Made by a program: the position numbers and the translations under genes. A stretch of DNA of 64,000 bases from Parcubacteria bacterium RAAC4_OD1_1 (GTDB taxonomy: Bacteria; Patescibacteriota; Minisyncoccia; Phycocordibacterales; UBA9973). Location: NCBI GenBank assembly GCA_000505065.1, contig AWSN01000001.1, positions 626,577-690,576 of the forward strand, read 5' to 3'. The notes beneath the pieces were generated by a model. That model ran no database searches. It saw only the letters and a list, made by a program, of their open reading frames with translations, and was not told the origin of the DNA. Shown here one piece after another: positions 40,636 through 51,114 of this stretch; the first letter of the stretch is position 1, and every line of letters starts with the position of its first letter.

Positions 40636-42180
40636 ATGAAAAGCAAATTAAATAAATTTAAAGAATTTTTAAAAAGGATAATTAAAAAGAAAAGAACCTG
40701 GGCAATTTTAGTTTTGATACTTTTAATTGTTGTTCCTCTAATATTAAAGCCTTCAAGTAGTTCTAAAAATACAGTCACAGAGATTTTGGTCAAAAGTGAT
40801 TTGAAAGAGACTGTTCTTGCGACAGGGCAAGTTATTTCAAATACAGATCTTGATTTATCTTTTGGTACAAATGGTATAGTTAAATCGATTGATGTAAAAG
40901 TTGGGGATAAGGTAGTGGCTGGTCAAACCCTTGCTAAATTAAATGGTACCAAAGAGCTTGCTTCACTTAATCAAGCCAGAGGGTCACTTCTTGCTGCTAA
41001 TGCAAAACTTAAAAAGGTTTTAGATGGTGGGGAAGTAGAGCTCGCGCGTTTGGCTCTTGAGATTTCTAAAAAAGATTATGAAAATGTAAAAAGAATTCAA
41101 GATACATTAGTTAACAATGCTTATAAAAATCTACTTAATTCATCTGTTGAGGCTTATCCATATGATGGGGATGATGATGAATCAGGGCCCATTATAAGTG
41201 GTACATATAATCTAGGCAAAGAAGGAAGTATCTATATTAGTTTTTATTATAGTTCAGGTGGTACAAGTTTTAATGCCACTGGTCTTACAACTGGTCCTGG
41301 TTCTACAAGCACAGAGAATCCTCAGCCTATTGGAGATTCTGGGCTCTATATTCTTTTTCCAGAAGAAGATTATTATTCATCGAGTGATTGGGTGATAGAA
41401 ATTCCAAATAAAAAAGGAGCTACTTATCTTACAAATCTAAATGCTTATGAATCAGCTTTAAAGAACAGAGATCAAGCTTTGTCTCAAGCAGAATCACTTG
41501 TTTCTCAAAAAGAAACAGAGCTTAAAATCAAAGAAATTTCAAATTCATCTTCAGATATAGATTTAGCTAGAGCAGAAATTCTTTCAGCAGAAGGTTTGGT
41601 GGGGCAAGCAGAAAGTGTTTACAACGATACTTTGATCAAAGCTCCTGTTGGTGGAACTGTCACGAGTATAGATATCAAAATAGGTGAGCTAGCCCAAGCT
41701 CAAAAAGAGGCGATCGTCATCGAAGACGTTTCAAATGTTTACATAGAAGCAAATGTAAATGAAGCAAACATTGCAAGTATTACTAAGGGTTTACCTGTTG
41801 ATATTACTTTTGATGCATTTGGTAGTGATAGAATTTTTAAAGGTTTAGTGACAGAGATAGATCCATCTTCGACATTAGTTTCAGGTGTTGTAAATTATAA
41901 AATTACGACAAGTGTCGAACAACTTGAAGAGATTCGCCCAGGTATGACAGCAAATATGACTATAAAAATTAGTGAGAAGGCACACGTGTTGTCTATTCCA
42001 AGACGTGCGATAATCACCAAGGATGATGGCACTCAAGTTGTAAGGAAAATAATTAATTCAAAAAATAAAAAATTTAAAGAGGTTAATATTACGACAGGGC
42101 TAGAGGGTGATGGTGGAATGGTTGAAATTTTAAACGGACTTTCTTTGGGAGATGAATATGTAGTACTCATTAAAAAATAA
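40636..42180 (+). CDS. MacA-like membrane fusion/adaptor protein
   Basis: VKVGDKV, IKAPVGGTV, RPGMTA. Confidence 0.9.
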   Translation: MKSKLNKFKEFLKRIIKKKRTWAILVLILLIVVPLILKPSSSSKNTVTEILVKSDLKETVLATGQVISNTDLDLSFGTNGIVKSIDVKVGDKVVAGQTLAKLNGTKELASLNQARGSLLAANAKLKKVLDGGEVELARLALEISKKDYENVKRIQDTLVNNAYKNLLNSSVEAYPYDGDDDESGPIISGTYNLGKEGSIYISFYYSSGGTSFNATGLTTGPGSTSTENPQPIGDSGLYILFPEEDYYSSSDWVIEIPNKKGATYLTNLNAYESALKNRDQALSQAESLVSQKETELKIKEISNSSSDIDLARAEILSAEGLVGQAESVYNDTLIKAPVGGTVTSIDIKIGELAQAQKEAIVIEDVSNVYIEANVNEANIASITKGLPVDITFDAFGSDRIFKGLVTEIDPSSTLVSGVVNYKITTSVEQLEEIRPGMTANMTIKISEKAHVLSIPRRAIITKDDGTQVVRKIINSKNKKFKEVNITTGLEGDGGMVEILNGLSLGDEYVVLIKK

Positions 42181-42192
42181 TATTTACTAAGA

Positions 42193-42912
42193 ATGTTGAT
42201 AGAACTAAAAGATATAGTTAAAAATTATGTAAATGGAGATGTTGTCACTCGTGTTCTTCATGGGGTTAATTTGAAAGTGGACGAAGGTGAATTCTTGGCT
42301 ATTATGGGTCCATCTGGTTCTGGTAAATCTACCCTTATGCATATCATAGGCTTTTTAGATCGTTCGACTGCTGGTTCTTATTATTTTGACGGGGAGGATA
42401 CTTCTTCTTTTGATGACAATGATCTTGCCAATATAAGAAATGAAAGGATTGGTTTTGTGTTTCAATCTTTTAATCTTTTGCCTCGTACTTCTGTGCTCGA
42501 TAATGTAGCTCTCCCTCTTATGTATAGTAAAGTAAAAACTGGACATGAACATAAAGCCAAACTCGCACTTGAAGCTGTCGGTCTTGGAGAAAGACTTCAT
42601 CATATGAGCAATCAGATTTCAGGTGGTCAAAAGCAACGTGTAGCGATTGCTCGTGCTTTAGTTTGTGATCCAAGAGTTATCTTTGCAGATGAGCCGACTG
42701 GTAATCTTGATTCTAAAAGTGGAGCGACCGTTATGCATATACTTGAAAAGTTAAACAAAGAAGGTAGAACTATAATATTAGTCACTCATGATCTTGATGT
42801 AGCACTTCATGCAGACAGAATCGTCACCATCAAAGATGGACAGATTGTTTCAGACAAAAAAGTTCCAGATGGAGAACGACTTCATTCAAAAGAAGTTAAA
42901 GATGAAGAATAA
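42193..42912 (+). CDS. MacB/LolD-type ABC ATPase
   Basis: [34 protein letters not shown]. Confidence 0.95.
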   Translation: MLIELKDIVKNYVNGDVVTRVLHGVNLKVDEGEFLAIMGPSGSGKSTLMHIIGFLDRSTAGSYYFDGEDTSSFDDNDLANIRNERIGFVFQSFNLLPRTSVLDNVALPLMYSKVKTGHEHKAKLALEAVGLGERLHHMSNQISGGQKQRVAIARALVCDPRVIFADEPTGNLDSKSGATVMHILEKLNKEGRTIILVTHDLDVALHADRIVTIKDGQIVSDKKVPDGERLHSKEVKDEE

Positions 42913-44177
42913 TGGATAATTTTATAAAAGAAATTAAAATTACGATAAAAGATTTATTAAGCAGGAAGGGTAGATCTTTTTTAACTATACTCGGTATAAT
43001 TATCGGTGTATCTGGTGTGATTGTTATCATCTCTTTAGGTGCTGGAGCACAGTCTTTAGTCTTAGGACAAATCACTAAGCTCGGCACAAACTTAGTTGGA
43101 GTTCTTCCTGGTAAAAGTGATTCCAAAGGTCCGCCTGCTTCAGTCTTTGGTGTACAAATTAAAACTTTAGTAAATAGAGATTTAGAAGCCATAAAAGATA
43201 AAAATAAAGTTCCCAATGCTACTGCTGTGTCTGCTTTTGTTAGTGGAAACACCACCATAATATATGGTAAAGAAAGTGTGGACACTTCTTTTTCTGCGAC
43301 AGATGGTAAATATCCTTCGGTTCAAAATGTTGAAATGTCTAAAGGTGAATTTTTTACCGAAGAAGATGCTGATGGTGGAGCCAATGTTATTGTTTTAGGT
43401 TATGATGTCGCTACTTCACTTTTTCCAAACGGGGGAGAGATAGGAAAGGTAGTTAAATTAAAATCTGGTAATAATGATTCCGGGGGTATACCCTTTAGAG
43501 TTATTGGTGTTCAAAAGAAGATGGGAACTGTAGCATTTCAAAATCAAGATGACCAAGTTTTTATTCCATTTTCTATTGGGCAAAGGCAGATTTTAGGAAT
43601 TGATTATATTCAATTTATTAGAGTCAAAGTAGATTCTGCAGAAAATGTGAAGGGGACAATGGATGACATTACTCGAGTTTTAAGAGAAGAGCATAATATA
43701 AAAAATGAAAGTGATGATGATTTTTCAGTTAGAGATTTGGCTGATGCCATAAAGCTTTTAACTGGTATCACAGATACTCTTAGAATATTTTTAGGTCTTA
43801 TGGCTTCCATTTCTCTTGTTGTTGGTGGTATTGGTATTATGAATATTATGCTTGTGACTGTTTCTGAAAGAACAAAAGAAATTGGACTTAGGAAAGCTAT
43901 CGGAGCAACATCAAAAAAGATTAAACACCAATTTCTTTTAGAAGCTATCATTCTTACTGTTACAGGTGGAATACTTGGTATTATTTTAGGTATTTTAGTG
44001 TCTTATGTTATAGCTCTCGGTGCGCGTTTTGCGGGGTATGACTGGGAATTTATTATTTCACCCTTGTCTATTATTTTGGCTGTAGGTGTTTCTGTTTTTA
44101 CGGGTATTGTTTTCGGTATTTATCCAGCTATTAAAGCTTCAAAATTAGATCCGATTGAAGCTTTACGATACGAATAA
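42912..44177 (+). CDS. MacB-type ABC permease
   Basis: RSFLTILGIIIG, GIMNIMLVTVSERTKEIGLRKAIGA, DPIEALRYE. Confidence 0.95.
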   Translation: MDNFIKEIKITIKDLLSRKGRSFLTILGIIIGVSGVIVIISLGAGAQSLVLGQITKLGTNLVGVLPGKSDSKGPPASVFGVQIKTLVNRDLEAIKDKNKVPNATAVSAFVSGNTTIIYGKESVDTSFSATDGKYPSVQNVEMSKGEFFTEEDADGGANVIVLGYDVATSLFPNGGEIGKVVKLKSGNNDSGGIPFRVIGVQKKMGTVAFQNQDDQVFIPFSIGQRQILGIDYIQFIRVKVDSAENVKGTMDDITRVLREEHNIKNESDDDFSVRDLADAIKLLTGITDTLRIFLGLMASISLVVGGIGIMNIMLVTVSERTKEIGLRKAIGATSKKIKHQFLLEAIILTVTGGILGIILGILVSYVIALGARFAGYDWEFIISPLSIILAVGVSVFTGIVFGIYPAIKASKLDPIEALRYE

Positions 44178-44188
44178 TTTTTTAAAAT

Positions 44189-45448
44189 ATGATTAAAAAT
44201 ATTTATATTAAACAATCAATAAAAGGTATTACTCGTAGCCCATCGAGAACTATTTTAACGACTCTTGGTATTATGATAGGTATCGGGACTGTTATTCTTG
44301 TGCTTTCAGCAGGGGAAGGATTTAAGAGTTATATAAATAGTCAAGTAGAAGCTTTTGGTTCTAATACAGTTTTTGTGGAGACTTCCGTTCCTTCTTCTAC
44401 TAAACAAAGATCAAATCAAAATGGTAATGAGCAGGCAAATAGTTCAGCTTCAAGTGCTGTCCCTATTACTACTCTTAAAAATAAAGATGTAAATGACATA
44501 AGGAAAATACCAAATGTTAAAAATGCTTACGGTGTTTCTGTTGATCAGCAAATAGTCACATATAAAAATTCTTCAGAGAATTCATTTATTTTTGGTTCGA
44601 ATGCTTCTCGTTTTGATATAGATAAGGGCGTGGTAGAATACGGCCGTCCTTACACCGAAGAAGAAGAACGATCTTTATCTCAAGTTGCAGTTTTAGGAAG
44701 TAGCATCAAAGATAGATTGTTTGGAAATGATAATCCACTTGGTAAAATGATTAGAGTTGGTAATTATAATTTTGAAGTCATTGGTGTTTATGAAGAACGA
44801 GGGGGTTTTGATGGTCAAGATGATCAAGTTTTTATACCAGTAACGACACTACAGAAAAAGATTCAAGGTATTGATTATCTTTTTTATGTTGTTGTAGAGC
44901 TTTATGATAATGACATTGCTGATGCTACAGCTTTAGATATCGAGGATGTATTAAGATCAAATCATTATATAGATGATCCATCCAAAGATGATTTCAAGGT
45001 CACAACTCAAGCTGGAAGTCTTGAGACTTTTGAAACTATATTAAAAGCAATTACTTTTCTTTTGATTGCTATCGCTTCTATTTCTTTAGTTGTTGGAGGT
45101 GTTGGTGTTATGAATATTATGTATGTGGTAGTCACGGAGAGAGTTGGCGAGGTTGGACTTAAAAAAGCTCTAGGTGCCAAGAATAGAGATATTCTTTTAG
45201 AATTTTTATATGAAGCAGTTCTTATAACTCTAATCGGGGGAGTAGTAGGTATTATAGGAGGGTCTTTTTTTGCTTTTATTGTTTCTAAAATTGCTAGTAG
45301 TTTTGGTATTACTTGGAAATTTATTGTTCCTTTTTGGGGAGTTATTCTTTCCGTATCTATTTCTATGATTATTGGTGTTATTTTTGGTGTTTTTCCAGCT
45401 AAAAATGCCGCTCGTTTAAATCCTATCGAAGCCTTAAATAAAGAATAA
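44189..45448 (+). CDS. MacB-type ABC permease (second paralogue)
   Basis: GVMNIMYVVVTERVGEVGLKKALGA, NPIEAL. Confidence 0.95.
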   Translation: MIKNIYIKQSIKGITRSPSRTILTTLGIMIGIGTVILVLSAGEGFKSYINSQVEAFGSNTVFVETSVPSSTKQRSNQNGNEQANSSASSAVPITTLKNKDVNDIRKIPNVKNAYGVSVDQQIVTYKNSSENSFIFGSNASRFDIDKGVVEYGRPYTEEEERSLSQVAVLGSSIKDRLFGNDNPLGKMIRVGNYNFEVIGVYEERGGFDGQDDQVFIPVTTLQKKIQGIDYLFYVVVELYDNDIADATALDIEDVLRSNHYIDDPSKDDFKVTTQAGSLETFETILKAITFLLIAIASISLVVGGVGVMNIMYVVVTERVGEVGLKKALGAKNRDILLEFLYEAVLITLIGGVVGIIGGSFFAFIVSKIASSFGITWKFIVPFWGVILSVSISMIIGVIFGVFPAKNAARLNPIEALNKE

Positions 45449-45465
45449 TTCTTCCCCCGCACCCC

Positions 45466-45551
45466 TTGCATAGGTCTGACCTATGCAAAGGGTTGTTTTA
45501 TAAGGGTATTTTTCAATTTATTATGATTCGCATAGGTCAGACCTATGCGAA
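45466..45551. repeat. Pair of REPs upstream of RAYT
   Basis: TTGCATAGGTC-T-GACCTATGCAA (45466-45488) and TTCGCATAGGTC-A-GACCTATGCGAA (45527-45551). Confidence 0.85.
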
Positions 45552-45578
45552 ATTATTTTGTGGTGATAGAATAATAAT

Positions 45579-46250
45579 ATGTCCATTAGAGATAAAAATT
45601 TAGTATTAGATGAATATTATCATATATACAATAGGGGTAATGATAAAAAAGAAATATTTTTAGATGAAGAAGATTATGATCGTTTTACAAAACTTTTATA
45701 TGTTTGTAATTCAAAAAATAATTTTGTATTTAGAGATTCTGTTATACGGAATAAAATAAATGCCTTTGATTTTGAAAAAGGAGATCCTCTCGTTTCAATA
45801 CTTGGGTGGGTTTTAATGCCAAATCATTTTCACATCATTCTTGTTTCGCATAGGTCGGACTTGTGCAAGAATAATTATAATCCAATTACAGAATTTATGA
45901 GAAAAGTTTCTACTGCATATGTAATGTATTTTAATAAGAAATACAATAGAACAGGATCCTTATTTGAGGGAAAATTTAAATCAAAACATATTGCAGAAGA
46001 AAATTATTTTCATTACATATTTTCTTATGTACATTTAAATCCAATTAAATTAATACAAAAGGATTGGAAAGAAAAGGGGATTTCTGATAAAAATAAATCA
46101 CGGATTTTTTTAACAAACTATAAATACTCAAGTTTTCAAGATTATTTCGGAAAAGAGAGAAATATAGGTAAAATTCTTAATAAAGAAATGATTCCCGTAT
46201 ATTTAATTTTTAACAATATTGATGATCTTTTCAAACATATAAATCTATAA
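45579..46250 (+). mobile_element. REP-associated tyrosine transposase (RAYT, Y1 HUH)
   Basis: YYHIYNRG, LMPNHFH (HUH), GSLFEGKF, YVHLNP, YSS; flanked by REPs. Confidence 0.9.
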
Positions 46251-46258
46251 TTTTATAG

Positions 46259-46306
46259 TTGCATAGGTCTGACCTATGCAAAGGGTTATTTTATAAGGGT
46301 ATTTTT
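46259..46306. repeat. REP plus tail; 48-bp direct repeat of 45466-45513
   Basis: TTGCATAGGTCTGACCTATGCAAAGGGTT(A/G)TTTTATAAGGGTATTTTT, one mismatch. Confidence 0.85.
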
Positions 46307-46446
46307 GTGTTTAGGAAAGTTATATTTTATGATATAATATAAAAGTAAAATCCACAGGAACCGCGGTCACGGATTTGTGGGGTATTATAAATTAAATTAA
46401 AAGCAGTTCGGTTGATTTTTTGATCATTGTCTGCTTTCTAAAATAG

Positions 46447-47235
46447 ATGGAAACATCATTATTAAATAATAAAAGAATAAATTGTGCAGTTTTGGTTTTG
46501 GTTGTAGTGATATCTTTGTTTTTTGTTACAAAAATAGTAAACGAAGTAAAAGAAAGTAAATACATCGGTCGTGATGTTTCTTCTATGAATACTATTTCTG
46601 TAAGTGGTGAAGGGGAAGTCCTTGCAGTTTCAGATATTGCAACTCTTTCTATGACTCTTAGTAAAGAAGCTCAAACTTCTAAAGAAGCTCAGACACTTTT
46701 AAATGAAGACGTCACAAAAGTTTTAACTTATTTGAAAGAAAAGAGTATAGAAGATAAAGATGTTAAATCAGAATACGGTGGTCTTACACCAAAATATTCT
46801 TATGAAAAATGTTATACCTATTCTTGCCCTAATAATGGAAAGATAACAGGATATACAGCTACTCAGACTATTTCTGTAAAGGTTCGTGAAGTAGATAATG
46901 CAAATGATATAAGAACAGGTCTTGCAGATCTTGGGGTGACAGATATAACTGGCCCTACATTTTCTATAGATGACGAAGAAGCATTTCAAGATGAAGCTCG
47001 TGCAAAAGCTATCGAAGATGCAAAAATAAAAGCAAAAGTTTTAGCTCTTGAGCTTGGAGTAAAACTTGGTAAAATAATAAGTTATAACGAAGGAGGAGAT
47101 TTTTATCGCCCTATGTACGAAAAAGCAATGATGGATGCAAGTGGAGTGTCAATGCTTTCTTCGGTTGCCCCAGTTCTTCCAAAAGGTGAAAATAAAGTAA
47201 CTTCAAATATTACAATTATTTACGAAATAAGATAA
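46447..47235 (+). CDS. SIMPL (DUF541) domain protein
   Basis: ISVSGEGEV, ARAKAIEDAKIKA..LA..LGVKLG, P.GENKV. Confidence 0.9.
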   Translation: METSLLNNKRINCAVLVLVVVISLFFVTKIVNEVKESKYIGRDVSSMNTISVSGEGEVLAVSDIATLSMTLSKEAQTSKEAQTLLNEDVTKVLTYLKEKSIEDKDVKSEYGGLTPKYSYEKCYTYSCPNNGKITGYTATQTISVKVREVDNANDIRTGLADLGVTDITGPTFSIDDEEAFQDEARAKAIEDAKIKAKVLALELGVKLGKIISYNEGGDFYRPMYEKAMMDASGVSMLSSVAPVLPKGENKVTSNITIIYEIR

Positions 47236-47364
47236 ATACAAAGATTTTAAAAGAGCCCCAAGCCTTGCTTGGGGCTCTTTTGTTTTATTCTTGACTTTAC
47301 AAACTCAAAAGAGTATTATATAAGTATAGCCCTTCGGGGTTTTTTTATTAGAAAAAACATTTTT

Positions 47365-47553
47365 ATGAACAAAATAATTGAATTTTTTAAAGAGGTTATG
47401 GGTGAAGCTAAGAACATCACTTGGCCTACAAGAAAACAAGCCATATCTTCGACCATTTTGGTTATTGCTGTGTCAATCCTTGTGGCTTATTACTTAGGTT
47501 TCTTAGATAAAATATTTGCAAAAGTACTTCAATTTTTGCTTCTAAATTATTAA
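47365..47553 (+). CDS. secE: Preprotein translocase SecE
   Basis: E.KNITWPTRK, YLGFLD; upstream of nusG. Confidence 0.92.
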   Translation: MNKIIEFFKEVMGEAKNITWPTRKQAISSTILVIAVSILVAYYLGFLDKIFAKVLQFLLLNY

Positions 47554-47573
47554 TTAAATAATTTTTTAAAAAT

Positions 47574-48128
47574 ATGGCAAAACAAGAATTAAGAGGTGAG
47601 AGGAATTGGTATGCGATACATACTTATGCTGGTTATGAAAATGCAGTTATGAGGAATTTGCGTCAGCGTATAGATTCCTTGGGTATGAATGATAAGATTT
47701 TCAATGTCATCGTTCCAACAGAAAAGAAAATAAAAATAAAAGGAGGTAAAAGAGCAGAGACAGAAGAAAAAGTTTACCCAGGTTATGTACTTGTAGATAT
47801 GATTGTAGATGACAACTCTTGGTATGTAGTTAGGAATACTCCTCGTGTCACTGGTTTTGTGGGTGCAGGAGTAAATCCAGTTCCACTTAATAAAAGTGAA
47901 GTAGATGCTCTTTTTGGTCTTATGAATCAAGATAAAGAATCCAAGAAGATCCACCAGATAGATCTAGAGATAGGTGAGATGGTTCGCATTGGTGATGGTC
48001 CATTCAAAGATTTGGAAGGTAAGGTAAGCGATATTGATCAAGAAAGAGGAAAAGTAAAAGTTCTTGTTTCTATGTTTGGCCGTGAGACTCCAGTAGAGCT
48101 TGATTTTCTACAGATCAAAAAAATATAA
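47574..48128 (+). CDS. nusG: Transcription factor NusG
   Basis: WYAIHTYAGYE, YPGYVLV, VSMFGRETPVEL. Confidence 0.97.
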   Translation: MAKQELRGERNWYAIHTYAGYENAVMRNLRQRIDSLGMNDKIFNVIVPTEKKIKIKGGKRAETEEKVYPGYVLVDMIVDDNSWYVVRNTPRVTGFVGAGVNPVPLNKSEVDALFGLMNQDKESKKIHQIDLEIGEMVRIGDGPFKDLEGKVSDIDQERGKVKVLVSMFGRETPVELDFLQIKKI

Positions 48129-48136
48129 AATAAAAA

Positions 48137-48245
48137 TATCCACATAATATATTAAAATTTTACGAGTAGGTGTGGGCGCGCGCCCGAGCGAAGTATGAGC
48201 GAGGGTAGGGATAAGCGAGTAGAATTTTTATATATTATGTGGATA
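48137..48245. repeat. Inverted-repeat element with GC-rich core between nusG and rplK
   Basis: TATCCACATAATATA..AAAATT.TAC / GTAGAATTTT..TATATTATGTGGATA enclosing GAGCGAAGTATGAGCGAG. Confidence 0.7.
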
Positions 48246-48328
48246 GTATATGGTTGATTTGGTTGGTTTTTTATGTTAGATTAAGTCTGTTACGCTAAAG
48301 CTTCAAATTAGTATAATAAAGTAAATTT

Positions 48329-48754
48329 ATGGCAAAAAAAATAATAAAAAATGTTAAATTACAAATACCAGCAGCAAAGGCAACCCCAGCTCCTCCTTTA
48401 GGTCCAGCACTTGGTCAAGCAGGAGTAAACATTGCTGAGTTCTGTCAGAAATTCAACGCTATGACACAGTCAATGGCGGGGGATATCGTTGGAGTTGTTA
48501 TTTCTGTATTTGAAGATAGAACTTATGATATAAAAGTAAAAACTCCACCAGTTTCAGGTCTTATATTTAAGGCAGCAGGAGTAGAAGGTGGTTCTGGTAA
48601 GCCAAATGTTTCAAAAGTAGGGAAGCTTACAAAAGCTCAAGTTAAAGAAATTGCAGAAAAGAAGATGCCTGATCTAAATGCAAAAGACATCGAAGGTGCA
48701 ATGAAGATAATAGAAGGTAGCGCTCGCTCCGCAGGAATCACAATCGTAGATTAA
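48329..48754 (+). CDS. rplK: 50S ribosomal protein L11
   Basis: [27 protein letters not shown]. Confidence 0.98.
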   Translation: MAKKIIKNVKLQIPAAKATPAPPLGPALGQAGVNIAEFCQKFNAMTQSMAGDIVGVVISVFEDRTYDIKVKTPPVSGLIFKAAGVEGGSGKPNVSKVGKLTKAQVKEIAEKKMPDLNAKDIEGAMKIIEGSARSAGITIVD

Positions 48755-48856
48755 TCTCTAGTAAATTAGTGAATAGCGATTAATATGAATTCTAAAATGC
48801 GTCCAGACCAAAGGTCTGGACGCATTTACTATTCACTAAAAACTAGTTACTAATCA

Positions 48857-49435
48857 CTATTTTCCCACTCTTTCTACATATTCTCCGGTATCAGTATTTA
48901 CTATTACTCTGTCTCCAGTTTCTATAAAGAATGGCACATTTACTTTTACTCCATTTTCAAGTTCTACAAGTTTTCCTCCACCATTAGCAGTATTACCTTT
49001 GATAGATGGGGGAGCTTCTTTTACCAAGAATTCCATTTTTATTGGAAGCTTTACATTTATTATTTGTTCTTCTCCATCATTGTCCCAGACGACAGCCGTG
49101 ACATTTTCATTTGGTTTTAAGAATTTAACTCCCGTTCCAATGATGTTTTCTTCGAGCTTAAATCTATTTTTTGGATCTTCTGGGTCTGAGAACCAATATT
49201 CACCCCTATTTGTATAAAGGAATTTAACATCTCTTTTTTCTATTTCGGCCTCATCTGCTTTGTCAGCAGCATGAAAAGTTGCATTCCAAGTACGACCAGA
49301 AAGTAAACTTTTTAGTTTTACTTGGTTTTGAGGCTTTCTCATTTGTGTGCGAGCGACGTGATTGTCGAGAACTTCACAAGGTTCATCCTCATATATTATT
49401 ATTTTTCCTGTTCGGATTTCGCTATATTCAAGCAT
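48857..49435 (-). CDS. efp: Elongation factor P
   Basis: KGNTANGGGK..LENG...VPFFI..GD....T..GEYVER. Confidence 0.9.
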   Translation of the reverse strand: MLEYSEIRTGKIIIYEDEPCEVLDNHVARTQMRKPQNQVKLKSLLSGRTWNATFHAADKADEAEIEKRDVKFLYTNRGEYWFSDPEDPKNRFKLEENIIGTGVKFLKPNENVTAVVWDNDGEEQIINVKLPIKMEFLVKEAPPSIKGNTANGGGKLVELENGVKVNVPFFIETGDRVIVNTDTGEYVERVGK

Positions 49436-49491
49436 AATGTTTATTTTATATCAGATTTATAAATTTAAGACAAGGGTAAAAAATGCAATCA

Positions 49492-49586
49492 AAATAGTTC
49501 TTTTTAAATGCCTTGCGCAGGGCGACGGCCCGAGCAGAGCAAATTTCTAGCAAGAAATTATGTGTGCATTTTCAAAGAAGCTATTT
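49492..49586. repeat. 95-bp structured repeat, copy 2
   Basis: Inverted relative to copy 1, with compensatory stem changes. Confidence 0.85.
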
Positions 49587-49612
49587 TGATGAAATTTAAT
49601 CACACTAGCTTA

Positions 49613-50662
49613 CTAATCACTGCTACTTGCCACCTGTATCTCTCCAAATCTTCCCCTTATTTCTTTCAGTAATCCATCTGCTATTTTTTTATTTTCTCTT
49701 AGCCATGTTCTTGTAGCATCATATCCACGTCCCATAGATACCTTTTCTCCTTCTTTTGTTTTATAAGAGTAAGATGCCCCAGATTTTTCTATGATTCCTA
49801 TTTTTTCTCCGAGGGCTAGTATTTCCCCTTCACGGGAAATTCCTTCACCATATAGGATATCAAATTCAGTTTGCTTAAATGGTGCCGCGACTTTATTTTT
49901 GACTACTTTGACTCTAGTTCTACTTCCGACGACATCTTCTCCTTTTTTAATTTGAGCGATTCTTCTTATATCAAGTCTTATAGAAGTATAGAATTTGAGA
50001 GCTTTTCCTCCTGGTGTGGTTTCAGGATTACCAAACATAATCCCAATTTGCATTCTAATTTGATTTATAAATATCACGACAGTCTTTGAGTGGGCGACTA
50101 TGGCTGTGAGCTTACGGAGTGCCTGAGACATAAGACGGGCTTGTTTACCTACGTGTGACTGCCCCATATCTCCTTCGATTTCATCTTTTGGAGTGAGTGC
50201 TGCTACAGAGTCTATAACCACTACATCTATCTTTCCAGATCTTATTAAGCTTTCTGTTATTTCAAGTGCTTGCTCTCCATTGTCTGGTTGAGAAATGAGA
50301 AGTTCTTTGATGTTTACTCCAAGTTTACCAGCATAGTCTGGGTCCATAGCGTGTTCGGCATCTATATATGCACAGACTCCACCTTTCTTTTGTGATTCTG
50401 CGACGATGTGTAAGGCAAGGGTAGTTTTCCCAGATGATTCTGGTCCAAATATTTCTATCATCCTTCCTCGTGGTACTCCTCCTACTCCGAGTGCCATATC
50501 AAGCCCGATGGATCCAGTAGGAATGACATCGATGTTTACCTTTGGGGCATCACCAAGCTTCATTATTGCTCCTTCTCCAAATTTTGTCTGGATGGATTTA
50601 ATTGTATCTTCTATCTCACTTACTCCGAATTCTTTTGGAGCTTTTTTTGCTTTTTTTTGCAT
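49613..50662 (-). CDS. recA: Recombinase RecA
   Basis: [28 protein letters not shown]. Confidence 0.98.
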   Translation of the reverse strand: MQKKAKKAPKEFGVSEIEDTIKSIQTKFGEGAIMKLGDAPKVNIDVIPTGSIGLDMALGVGGVPRGRMIEIFGPESSGKTTLALHIVAESQKKGGVCAYIDAEHAMDPDYAGKLGVNIKELLISQPDNGEQALEITESLIRSGKIDVVVIDSVAALTPKDEIEGDMGQSHVGKQARLMSQALRKLTAIVAHSKTVVIFINQIRMQIGIMFGNPETTPGGKALKFYTSIRLDIRRIAQIKKGEDVVGSRTRVKVVKNKVAAPFKQTEFDILYGEGISREGEILALGEKIGIIEKSGASYSYKTKEGEKVSMGRGYDATRTWLRENKKIADGLLKEIRGRFGEIQVASSSD

Positions 50663-50693
50663 AAATTTAAATAATAATATTTAATAAATATAT

Positions 50694-51092
50694 CTAATTA
50701 TTAATAACCTCTTTATTATCAAATGCGATCGACTCCGCACCTTGTTCTCCTACTACTTCAAATTTTTTCTCCGCAACATTTCCAAATTTATCTCTTGCCA
50801 CAAGCATTACTACTCCGTACCCTGGTAGGGTAGAGATATTTTCTTTGAAGTTTCCATCTTTCTCGATAAAAATTTCTCTTCCATTTAAAGAGAGAAAAAT
50901 TGCATTTTTTGCATTACCCTTAACTTCAGTTATTTTTTCATTTGGACCTTGTTCTATTTCTGCTAGAATTTTCACACCTTTTACGATAAAGCTCATTTTG
51001 GCATAAGCAAATACAAATATAAAAGAAAATAGAAAAACAAAAGACCCTATACTTATCCACCATTTTATATTTTTATTTCTTATTTCATTCAT
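50694..51092 (-). CDS. Membrane-anchored Ig-like-domain hypothetical protein
   Basis: TM + LNGREI...GNF...L.PG......ARDKFG; start moved to ATG 51092. Confidence 0.7.
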   Translation of the reverse strand: MNEIRNKNIKWWISIGSFVFLFSFIFVFAYAKMSFIVKGVKILAEIEQGPNEKITEVKGNAKNAIFLSLNGREIFIEKDGNFKENISTLPGYGVVMLVARDKFGNVAEKKFEVVGEQGAESIAFDNKEVINN

Positions 51093-51114
51093 AATTAACT
51101 TAAGTAAAATTTGG

